From: a virus
Virus record (IMG/VR): IMGVR_UViG_3300033141_004862
Coordinates: 3,842-67,841 of that record
Direction: 5' to 3' (one strand)
DNA length: 64,000 nt
A model generated the notes under the pieces. It was not told the DNA's origin and searched no databases. It worked only from the letters and a program-made list of their open reading frames with translations. A program made the position numbers and the translations under genes. Shown piece by piece: positions 9,217 to 17,335 of the stretch (its first letter is position 1; each line of letters starts with the position of its first letter).

Positions 9217-9692
9217 TTAACTTAGTATGTCTCGGATGCCTCTGGTGGAAATTCGACTGTGAAGGCGAATCGCTTGAAGATGAATACTGGGCAGATTGCC
9301 CTTCGCTCCGAGCTGCAGAAGAAGAGCCGTACCCGGTTGAACCCTGGGAGTGCGTCTGATGAAAAATCCAAAAGTTGAATTGATTCGTATCGATGGTGGG
9401 GGATATCACTGGGAGGCGAAAGACGACGTAGGCGGACTCGTCCAGAGCGAAACCTACAAAACGGAAGAGGCCGCATGGAAGGCATTGTTCGCAAATAGAG
9501 TCAAATGGAAGCTGCGAGGCGGCGAGCTTGGGTGTTTCCACAAGCGCACTATCTCTCTTATGGTCTTTGGGGTCAACGGAGAGGGACGCACGGGGACATT
9601 TTGCGTAGAGTGTGGCAAAGAGATAATCGATAACCCGAAGGAGGAACAACGAGAGAAAAAGTCATCTAAGCAAGCTATGAAGGAGGGAGAGG

Positions 9693-9893
9693 ATGTCGAA
9701 TGATTTGAAAACGTGCAAGGATGCTTTTGCCAAAAGGATGTTCGGAATGACAGCTTCCGAGGCGAAGGCGCAAAGGGTTTGCATTTCATGCAAGAAGCCA
9801 GTTGACGAAAAAATCATGAAGCCAATCGAAGTAGCTGAGTATCGCATATCAGCTCTTTGTCCTTCGTGTTTCGAAGACTTTTGTGGAGTTTAG
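9693..9893 (+). CDS. Small Zn-finger protein
   Basis: CISC and CPSC pairs; EYRISALC. Confidence 0.65.
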   Translation: MSNDLKTCKDAFAKRMFGMTASEAKAQRVCISCKKPVDEKIMKPIEVAEYRISALCPSCFEDFCGV

Positions 9894-9958
9894 GAGGTGT
9901 TTCGAAGACTTTTGTGGAGTTTAGGAGGTGTTTCGAAGACTTTTGTGGAGTTTAGGAG
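9866..9958 (+). repeat. Perfect tandem repeat, 3 x 31 bp
   Basis: GTGTTTCGAAGACTTTTGTGGAGTTTAGGAG at 9866, 9897 and 9928, with no spacers. Confidence 0.95.
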
Positions 9959-10445
9959 TGAGAAGATGACGGAAAGGAGTAAGAAGACGCTTCCAAGACA
10001 CATGACAGTTGAACAATGAAACGGGTGGGTGGAGAAGAACAAATGTCGACTCTACGATGATCGGAAGCATAGCGTTTAATCAGAGGAGAGGAGTGACACC
10101 TTAGTCGGAACGGCAGTCGTTCGCTGCGAAGAATTCGATGAGAAAGATCGAGCATCAACGATGGGAGGAATGAGATGAGCCTAAAGTTGAGGAAACATAG
10201 GGACAAATATGTCCAGTTGTATGGCATCGAGAAGGAGGGACAAATAGTTTGCCAAATTCAAGAACTCCCTAATTTTATAGTCATCTATCCGTTTCATGAT
10301 AGTAAGACTGCGGTGTACGTAATAAATGAATCAGGGAACGGGCCGACCAAAGGGGGGTTGGATCCAGCGAACCCTCCACGGGGCGGTTCTGGAGTTCCAA
10401 AAACGTAGGGAGGCTTGCAAAACCCGGCAGGATTGTTTGGCAACG

Positions 10446-10850
10446 ATGAATAAGGTACATTTTTCAAGCCAGCGATTAGATTGGAAAACGCCAAAGGCAG
10501 TATTCCAGGTACTTGATGCCGAGTTCCATTTTAACTTCGACCCCTGCCCACCTAGTCCTTTCTTCGACGGATTGTCAATTGAATGGGGAGAAAGCAATTT
10601 CGTAAATCCTCCATATGGGCGGGAGTTGCCTAAATGGATTAAGAAAGGCTATGAGGAAAACCAGAAGGGGAAAACTGTTGTCTTTTTAATTCCAAGCCGG
10701 ACCGATACAAGATGGTGGCACGACTACGTAATGAAAGCTGATGAGATAAGGTTTATAAAGGGACGCTTAAAATTTGACGACGGGAAAGGTTCCGCACCTT
10801 TTCCAAGCTGCATAGTTATTTTCTATGGGGGCAGCAAAAGAACCAAATGA
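10446..10850 (+). CDS. Phage DNA N6-adenine methyltransferase (Dam-like)
   Basis: W.TP..VF..LD.EF.F.FDPC, GL..EW, FVNPPY, LIPSRTDT.WWH, IRFIKGRLKF, APFPS. Confidence 0.9.
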   Translation: MNKVHFSSQRLDWKTPKAVFQVLDAEFHFNFDPCPPSPFFDGLSIEWGESNFVNPPYGRELPKWIKKGYEENQKGKTVVFLIPSRTDTRWWHDYVMKADEIRFIKGRLKFDDGKGSAPFPSCIVIFYGGSKRTK

Positions 10851-10861
10851 AAGGAGGAAGC

Positions 10862-11275
10862 ATGAGGGAAATCAAATACAAGGGCGTCACGGCCTATATA
10901 ACCGAGGCCGATTGGCGCAATCTCTTGCGTCGACTTGATCCAGCGAGAGCCAAAAAGATTAAGGGCCGCTTTGTAATCTCTGTCCCTTCCAGCTTATGCA
11001 AGCGATTCCATCGTCCCATTGGTAGATACGAAGCATCGTGTACCAAGTGTCCTCTAAGAGTATTTGAAGCCATGGGCGAGGTTGGGTGCGATAGATTAGA
11101 GCATGGTCTCATTCCAGAAAAAATCTTTATAGCAACTACAACGGAGGTATTTTGGGCGATTGAAGATGATAAAGAAGCCCGTTACCAGCTTGCTAAGCTC
11201 AGAGATATTATAAAAACACTACCAAGGATAGAGCGAGGTGGCGAGGACACACATCGAGAGAGGGAGGAAGCATGA
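10862..11275 (+). CDS. Cys-rich hypothetical protein, tandem paralog A
   Basis: MREIKYKGVTAYITEADWRNLLRR, CTKCPL. Confidence 0.75.
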   Translation: MREIKYKGVTAYITEADWRNLLRRLDPARAKKIKGRFVISVPSSLCKRFHRPIGRYEASCTKCPLRVFEAMGEVGCDRLEHGLIPEKIFIATTTEVFWAIEDDKEARYQLAKLRDIIKTLPRIERGGEDTHREREEA

Positions 11276-11655
11276 GGGGAATAAAATACAAGGGCAAAAC
11301 GGCTTACATCTCTGAGGCCGATTGGCGTAACCTGCTAAAGCGGTTTGATGCGTCAAGGGCCGAACAAGGTCAGCTTGCAATATACTTCACTATCCCCATA
11401 CCTTGTAGCCTGTGCAAGAAGCACCTCCAACCCCGCTGGGCGCTACCAAAGGCATGTGCTGAGTGCCCTTTAGTTGTATTCGCAATCGAGGGACAACTTG
11501 GGTGCGTCCAACTGTTGCAGAGCATTGTTCCGGTGATGGCCTTTAGCCTGAATTCTAAGGGGATTAAATGGCTCACCAAGAAAGATAAAGAAGCTCGGCA
11601 TCAACTTGCCAAAATTCACAAGGCTATAAAAGCATTGCCGAGGAGGAAGAGATGA
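11272..11655 (+). CDS. Cys-rich hypothetical protein, tandem paralog B
   Basis: MRGIKYKGKTAYISEADWRNLLKR, CSLC, CAECPL. Confidence 0.75.
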   Translation: MRGIKYKGKTAYISEADWRNLLKRFDASRAEQGQLAIYFTIPIPCSLCKKHLQPRWALPKACAECPLVVFAIEGQLGCVQLLQSIVPVMAFSLNSKGIKWLTKKDKEARHQLAKIHKAIKALPRRKR

Positions 11656-12125
11656 AGTTTACTCGAGAGGAAATAAGGCTTTGTGAGGAAATTACCCGAC
11701 ATTATAGGAAGCAGATTAAATATGGGGATTGGTATCTGATGAAAACTTCTAAGCCAGAAGACATTACGGATGTTAACTACAGTTACGATAAGGATGGCAA
11801 GCGCAGTAGGCTTAACGTTAGAAGGCAGCTCAGATTGCTCAGTATTTGTTCTCCCAAAGCTCTTGATATTATTCCTCTTTGGACGTGGAAAGATGCAAGA
11901 GAATGGCTTTTTAGCAGAAGCGAGGTTGAGGTGTTGACTCTTCGTTACTATCAGATTTTGGGGATAAGCCATAAAGGGTACATTGCAAAAGTAGTGATTC
12001 TATATGCAAACGGGAGGTTCTATGAAGCCGAAGGCAAGACGGACACCGAAGCCATACTAAAAATAGTGCTGGCCGTATTAAAAGAGGAGGCAAAGAAAAG
12101 TGGAAGTGAATCAGCAGAGCTGTAG
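11652..12125 (+). CDS. Hypothetical protein
   Basis: 157-aa coupled ORF. Confidence 0.65.
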   Translation: MKFTREEIRLCEEITRHYRKQIKYGDWYLMKTSKPEDITDVNYSYDKDGKRSRLNVRRQLRLLSICSPKALDIIPLWTWKDAREWLFSRSEVEVLTLRYYQILGISHKGYIAKVVILYANGRFYEAEGKTDTEAILKIVLAVLKEEAKKSGSESAEL

Positions 12126-12130
12126 ACAAT
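12106..12130 (+). promoter_or_regulatory. Degenerate bipartite promoter motif (GTGAA-N11-GTAGACAAT)
   Basis: Same spacing, followed by AAGGAGG. Confidence 0.45.
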
Positions 12131-12321
12131 GTCACAAGGAGGCGCCGAAAAATGAAAACAGAAGAAAAACAAAAGACGAGTGTACCTTACGCGTTCATAT
12201 GTAAGTGGGCGGAAATATTCGGTCAGGAGACGGGGTTTGGATATCTCACTCCTCCACGCCGCCTCTTTATAGAGATGCTCAGGGAACTCGGCATCGAGGT
12301 AGAGCATGAAGGGAGGCACGG

Positions 12322-12570
12322 ATGATAAAGGAAAATCGCAAGTTTCTTTGTGCGCATTACGATTGCCAGGTGTGCAGGAAGGAACATTTGCTGAAAGTTC
12401 AATGGACACCTCCGTTTGCGACGCCTCAGGAAGACTTCAATATCAAACTCGAAGAGGAGTTGAAGCAGGCGTTGTTGACTCGCTCAAAAACCGCCTTTCA
12501 AAAATTACACCCCAGCGAGGAATTTGACCCGGGGCGTGTAGAGATACGGGAGAGTAGGAGGAAGAGATGA
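12322..12570 (+). CDS. Hypothetical small protein
   Basis: GGGAGG RBS; CAHYDCQVC. Confidence 0.55.
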   Translation: MIKENRKFLCAHYDCQVCRKEHLLKVQWTPPFATPQEDFNIKLEEELKQALLTRSKTAFQKLHPSEEFDPGRVEIRESRRKR

Positions 12571-12839
12571 GTATTAAATTGGCAGTGAGGATTACTGATG
12601 TCTGTATGCTTGCACATACGAAATCTTCCGACCCGGAAGTACACACCTATGTCGTTGAGGTGGAAAGCCCGGAGCTGGAGGAGCTTCTTGCGCCGTTTCT
12701 ACAGACATGGCAATCAGGCTGGAGAACCTACTCTATTAGCTTAGTGCGTGAGTTCAGAAAGGGCGAAGAACCTAAATTCCCACGGCCTAGACCCATTGAC
12801 GACAGGGAGTTAACGAAAAAATCAAGGAGGAAGAGATGA
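12567..12839 (+). CDS. Hypothetical protein, tandem paralog C
   Basis: MSIKLAVRITD...P.LE.L..PFL...TYSIS. Confidence 0.7.
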   Translation: MSIKLAVRITDVCMLAHTKSSDPEVHTYVVEVESPELEELLAPFLQTWQSGWRTYSISLVREFRKGEEPKFPRPRPIDDRELTKKSRRKR

Positions 12840-13060
12840 GCATTAAGCTGGCAGTCAGAATTACTGACCTAGGGGAAGCTGTCCACGGGGGCGAAGTGAT
12901 TGTACAGACCCACGTCTTCAAGATAGAACACCCAGCACTAGAAAGGCTGATAAAGCCCTTCCTGGACAAAAAAGCCCCGGATTATACAACATACTCCATC
13001 AGCGTGGTACATGAGAGCGAGGAGTTTGGCGCAAGGCACTTAAAGATACGAGAGGGATGA
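12836..13060 (+). CDS. Hypothetical protein, tandem paralog D
   Basis: MSIKLAVRITD...PALERLIKPFL...TYSIS. Confidence 0.7.
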   Translation: MSIKLAVRITDLGEAVHGGEVIVQTHVFKIEHPALERLIKPFLDKKAPDYTTYSISVVHESEEFGARHLKIREG

Positions 13061-13075
13061 CGGAAAGGAGGAAAG

Positions 13076-13270
13076 ATGTTTGAAGAGAAGCGGGGCTTGG
13101 AAATCAAGGTGAAGGAGCTCGGAGGCGGTCACTTTGGAATAAGGATAACGGAGGAGATCGCGGGGCCGTGGCGAATCCTACGCCAAGAGATTCTGCATTC
13201 GATCGAGGACGTGCAAAGAGAAGTCGACACAATGTTGTCAAAGTATTTCAAGGAAATTCCGAAGTCGTAG
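13076..13270 (+). CDS. Hypothetical small protein
   Basis: AGGAGG RBS, 64 aa. Confidence 0.6.
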   Translation: MFEEKRGLEIKVKELGGGHFGIRITEEIAGPWRILRQEILHSIEDVQREVDTMLSKYFKEIPKS

Positions 13271-13389
13271 CTCTGCCCCAAAGGATAGCGGACAATGAAA
13301 AAGAAGGTTTGGAGAGAGAGAGAGGACAGAAGGTTCAAATTTGGGATACGAGCGGCGAGAGTCCTGTCTTTCTCGGAGCAGGACGGTCG

Positions 13390-13414
13390 TTGAGATTGCT
13401 TGTCCGGTGACAAT
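13390..13414 (+). promoter_or_regulatory. Bipartite promoter motif (TTGAG-N11-GGTGACAAT)
   Basis: Same spacing, with an A-rich tail and RBS downstream. Confidence 0.7.
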
Positions 13415-13444
13415 AAATAATAGAGAAAAAGGAGACATGTCAGA

Positions 13445-13723
13445 GTGGAAATCAAGAAAGGTAAGGTTTACCGAATTAAAGGAAGGTCCGGATACTTCGC
13501 CAAGAGGCATGGAACCCCTAATCCGACAATCCTTATCGAAGGGAAAGACACAGACCTCTGGCCGACTGGGTGGAAGCACCAAAAGGGAAACCCCGCCTGT
13601 ATACTCTACAGCTTGCGTTCTATGTTTGAAGGCCTTCCGACCGAAGGCACAGTCTACTATGGTAAAGTGGGCAGACTCGAGGAGCTTGTCCACGAGTCTG
13701 AGCTTGAGGAAATCAAAGAATAA
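13445..13723 (+). CDS. Hypothetical protein
   Basis: 92-aa ORF after the promoter motif and AAGGAG. Confidence 0.65.
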   Translation: MEIKKGKVYRIKGRSGYFAKRHGTPNPTILIEGKDTDLWPTGWKHQKGNPACILYSLRSMFEGLPTEGTVYYGKVGRLEELVHESELEEIKE

Positions 13724-13738
13724 GAAAGGAGAAAGAGG

Positions 13739-13951
13739 ATGAGTCCATTCGTTTTGGGAGGCATTTGTGGTGCTTTCGTCGGCGTAGTCGTCGGCGTAGT
13801 CGTTACGAGTCTATCGGCAACCTCAAAGATCTCGGACATGAAGGCGATCATGGACCGCCTCATGGAGGAGAAGACGAACCTTCAGAAGGAAGTTCACAGA
13901 CTGCACATAAAGCTGAGAAGGGCCGAGTCCGAGACCGAGAGGAGAAAATGA
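13739..13951 (+). CDS. Small membrane protein with coiled-coil tail
   Basis: FVLG...GAF.G...KISD shared with 7338..7517. Confidence 0.65.
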   Translation: MSPFVLGGICGAFVGVVVGVVVTSLSATSKISDMKAIMDRLMEEKTNLQKEVHRLHIKLRRAESETERRK

Positions 13952-14262
13952 CGATGACGCCGCTCGATGTAGTCGAGATTGTTCTTTGGGTTTCTATCCT
14001 CGTTATTATATCTCTTCGGGAGATGAGGCAGCGGAAGAGACGAGGGGAGCAAACGACGAAGAGGCAGAAAATTGCGATAAGAGTTAAAAATGACTCGGTC
14101 AAGGTCGAGATCGACAAAAAGGACTTCGCCCATATCAATAGTATCATCCGCCGCCACGTGGGCGTTTCGCTCGAGGAGATATTGACAAGGGCCGTCATGA
14201 ATGAACTTAATAAGATGGAAAATTTCGTAGCCTTTGCTGAAAAGGAGGAGACGGAAGGATGA
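13948..14262 (+). CDS. Membrane-anchored hypothetical protein
   Basis: Starts MTMTPLDVVEIVLWVSILVII within ORF 13765..14262. Confidence 0.55.
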   Translation: MTMTPLDVVEIVLWVSILVIISLREMRQRKRRGEQTTKRQKIAIRVKNDSVKVEIDKKDFAHINSIIRRHVGVSLEEILTRAVMNELNKMENFVAFAEKEETEG

Positions 14263-14609
14263 CCTCGAAATCAGATTGGCAGAAAGCGACCTGCCCCATT
14301 TTGCGGGGAGGAATATGAGTACCTCCCCGATTACAAACCTAAAACATGCTCAAAATTTCTCTGCCTCAGAGCTGCTGCGAGACGTGATGTTTCGCTGTCT
14401 AAGCGCAAAGCGGGAGAGAAGAAGAGACCAGGGATTGCGATGATGCGAAAGAGCGGATGTGTGAAATCTCAAACGGCACAAGAGGCGCTCCAAAACCTAG
14501 GCAAGGAGTGTCCGCCTCCTTTCGTTGAGCAATCGGCGAGAAGTTCAGGCAAGAGGGTGCCGTTACTCCACATCCGCTCTTCTAAATCTAAACGAAAGGG
14601 GGTGAGGCG

Positions 14610-15374
14610 ATGAAAACAGGAACGATGCACTTCGAGGTTGGCAGGGGGTTCGCGGAGCTTGTACGAGACGCCTTCTGGTACGAACAGAAGTTTGACTGGG
14701 CACGTAACGTTTTGAGATGTTTCCATGGCCTTTCTTCTGAGGTGGAGAGAGACATCCTCCGTGGCGATGCATACTTTGAGTCTGCAAGCGACGGGAAACA
14801 CGTTAGGGTTGTGTTTGAGGAAAATGAGGAGTTCAAGAAGAATCTGGCAGAGTACGTGAAGTTTGTAAAGGGAAGGATCGAGGAGCTTCATAAGAAGGTC
14901 TACGAGCTAGAGGGGGCAAGGGACAAAATGCTGTTTGGCACCTTCTCGTCAATTCTCCCCGAGGATAAGCGGTCAGCCAGGTTGGCTTCGCTTGAGGCAA
15001 GCGTAGCTGAGTTGCGTGACAAGATCAATGTGCTGAACGAGCTTCTTCGTCATTACGACAAGCTGTTCGCCAAGAGAGTGGTTCCGAAGTTGACTACGAA
15101 TGTTGGAGGGTATGAAGTCCCGAGTTCTTTGCTAGATGAGTACGTCATGCATGTTGTACGCAGAATCAGGGCTTCTCTGAGGTCGGGCGCTATCATACAT
15201 GAGAACCCGATGAAGTTGCTTGAGTTGGAAGAGAGACGGAGACTGTTGCACGAAAGAATACTCCAGGCTGTTGGGTTTACGAAGTCAAAAAGGAAGAGCA
15301 AGAAGTTCAGAGAGTTTGCTGAGGCTCTCGAAGAATTTCTTGAGGATATGGGAGCAGGACTCTTGGAGGAGTAG
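14610..15374 (+). CDS. Hypothetical helical/coiled-coil protein
   Basis: 254-aa ORF with GGGGTGAGG RBS. Confidence 0.7.
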   Translation: MKTGTMHFEVGRGFAELVRDAFWYEQKFDWARNVLRCFHGLSSEVERDILRGDAYFESASDGKHVRVVFEENEEFKKNLAEYVKFVKGRIEELHKKVYELEGARDKMLFGTFSSILPEDKRSARLASLEASVAELRDKINVLNELLRHYDKLFAKRVVPKLTTNVGGYEVPSSLLDEYVMHVVRRIRASLRSGAIIHENPMKLLELEERRRLLHERILQAVGFTKSKRKSKKFREFAEALEEFLEDMGAGLLEE

Positions 15375-15387
15375 AGCGAGGAGAAAA

Positions 15388-16200
15388 ATGAGCGAAAACA
15401 AAAATCCCTTTTACGAGGTCCTTCCGGTTTGTAGAATGGAAGATCTCATCCTATCCGACGACGTCGTTGAAGAGTGCCTAGAGGTCATCGAAGAGCAACA
15501 CAGAATGGGCCTTCTCCGATCTAAAGGTCTCGAGCCGAGACACAAAATTCTTCTCGTTGGGCCGCCCGGAAACGGAAAGTCCCTTTTGGCAGATGCCATT
15601 GCGACTGAGCTGGCCGTTGGGATTCTTGTCGTCAGGTACGACTCTGTGATGGCTGGTTCGTTGGAGGGGGCATCCTCTAATCTGTCGCTTCTGTTTGAGC
15701 AAGCCAAAACGCGGCGATGCATGTTGTTCTTCGATGAATTTGACATCATCGCAAGAGAAAGGGACATTCACGAGAGAAGTATCGTGGGGTCTTTGTCACT
15801 TCACATCGACAACCTTCCAAGCCATGTGGTGGTCGTTGCCGCAACGAATCATCCAGAACTTCTGGATCGGGGAGTGTGGAGACGCTTCCAGGTGAAATTA
15901 ACGCTCTCTCCGCCCTCCCGAAAACAAATAAGGGATTTTCTTTGGCGGTTCGAAAAAAGGACAGGAGAGAAACTTGGCATCCCCATAGACGAGTTAGCGA
16001 AAGAACTAGAAGGAGCTAGCTTTTCGGACGTAGAACAATTCTGTCTGGACATCCGCCGTCGCTTCCTCATGTCGCGCGATTGGGACAAGCCGGAGGTCGC
16101 TAAGAAACGCTTAAAGCAGTGGAGGAAACGCTCCAACGATGATATGGATTTTTTTGAGTCGCTGAGAAGGACTCATGAACATTTTATGACAGAGCGGTGA
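15388..16200 (+). CDS. AAA+ ATPase (classical AAA clade)
   Basis: Walker A GPPGNGKS, Walker B FFDEFD, SRH AATNHPELLDRGVWRRF. Confidence 0.9.
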   Translation: MSENKNPFYEVLPVCRMEDLILSDDVVEECLEVIEEQHRMGLLRSKGLEPRHKILLVGPPGNGKSLLADAIATELAVGILVVRYDSVMAGSLEGASSNLSLLFEQAKTRRCMLFFDEFDIIARERDIHERSIVGSLSLHIDNLPSHVVVVAATNHPELLDRGVWRRFQVKLTLSPPSRKQIRDFLWRFEKRTGEKLGIPIDELAKELEGASFSDVEQFCLDIRRRFLMSRDWDKPEVAKKRLKQWRKRSNDDMDFFESLRRTHEHFMTER

Positions 16201-16484
16201 TAGAGGAGGAAATGCCGAGGTTTAGTAAGACCGTGTCAGTGAGTGGTTGCTCCTGGGTAGAGCATTCAGAGGTGTTCCTTGCCAGGAGAGAGGTTTTAGA
16301 GCTTGCCGAAGAGGTGAAAGGGATGCCCAAGAAGAAGCTGATAAGGATTGCCAAGACCATAACCGTTGAGGGCTGCGGCGTTGAGGAACATTCGGAAATC
16401 GATGTCCCGGTGGGGATGATTCTAGAGGCGGCTGACTCCCTTCGGAAACGAGATAGGTGGAACATCGAGGAAAGCAATTCATAG
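16197..16484 (+). CDS. Hypothetical protein with internal repeat
   Basis: SKTVSVSGCSWVEHSEV is repeated as AKTITVEGCGVEEHSEI. Confidence 0.6.
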   Translation: MIEEEMPRFSKTVSVSGCSWVEHSEVFLARREVLELAEEVKGMPKKKLIRIAKTITVEGCGVEEHSEIDVPVGMILEAADSLRKRDRWNIEESNS

Positions 16485-16492
16485 GCGACAAT
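16468..16492 (+). promoter_or_regulatory. Degenerate bipartite promoter motif (AGGAA-N11-GGCGACAAT)
   Basis: Same spacing; upstream of the primase. Confidence 0.5.
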
Positions 16493-16513
16493 GTATTCTA
16501 GGAGAATCTAAGG

Positions 16514-17335
16514 ATGGAAGACGAAGTCATCATCAAGTGTCCTGTATGTCACGACCATCCTACACACAACCACCTCTACATCAGCCTGACCAAAGGCGTA
16601 TACCACTGTTGGTTGTGCGAAGCGAAAGGCCGTCTTGACAATCTCATCAGACGGTACCCGTCGGTCAAGACCAAAATCAAGGCCGCAGACCTGGCGTTTG
16701 CCTTGAGCCGAATGAAAGAACGGAGATGGTCAAGGGAGATTCCGATATTCACGCCCCTAGCAAAAGCCAGGTTTCCGCACGCCGGAGCCTGTTTGCGATA
16801 CCTCAGACGGAGGGGATTGACAGATGAGGAAATCGTCAAATACAAGGTGATGATCTCCCCAAACACACCAAACAGAGCCATTTTCCCTCACCCACAGGGA
16901 CCGGACAGGTTTTGGGCGGGTCGGGCATTTTACAAAAACGTATCGCCGCCCTGGCTTTTTCCGAAGAGAGGGCAGACAAGACTTTCAAAAGGCGAGGTTG
17001 TTTGGGGAATCGAGGACGTCAGGAGGCGGGGAGAGAAGGACATCTGGATTTGCGAGGGGATCTTCGACGCGATAGCGTGCAACGGAGTTGCCGTATTCGG
17101 GAAATCGCCCTCTCCCAAACAACTCCGCACAATAATAGAGCTTGAGCCTCGAAGATTGATCGTTGCATTCGACGCAGACGCCGAGAAAGATGCAAGAGCC
17201 TTGCAAGAACTGACGAGAAGCGTCATCCCGACACAGGTAAGACTGCCGGAGAAGGCCGTCGACTACGGGGAATACATGAGGTTTGGATACAGACGCTTGC
17301 CGCATTCCGACCGATGGGAGAGAATCGATGATTAA
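16514..17335 (+). CDS. DNA primase (Zn finger + TOPRIM, DnaG-like)
   Basis: CPVC...HCWLC Zn ribbon, YLRRRGL, ICEGIFDAI, FDADA. Confidence 0.88.
   Translation: MEDEVIIKCPVCHDHPTHNHLYISLTKGVYHCWLCEAKGRLDNLIRRYPSVKTKIKAADLAFALSRMKERRWSREIPIFTPLAKARFPHAGACLRYLRRRGLTDEEIVKYKVMISPNTPNRAIFPHPQGPDRFWAGRAFYKNVSPPWLFPKRGQTRLSKGEVVWGIEDVRRRGEKDIWICEGIFDAIACNGVAVFGKSPSPKQLRTIIELEPRRLIVAFDADAEKDARALQELTRSVIPTQVRLPEKAVDYGEYMRFGYRRLPHSDRWERIDD

Noticed and set aside
9866-9958. Possible CRISPR mini-array (31-bp repeats)
   Set aside because: The repeats are head-to-tail with no spacers, and no cas genes are present.
5753-14443. Weak similarity between the non-coding stretches near 5880-5910 and 14355-14390 (GCCTCAG...GAGACGT)
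   Set aside because: Too short and gapped to distinguish from chance.
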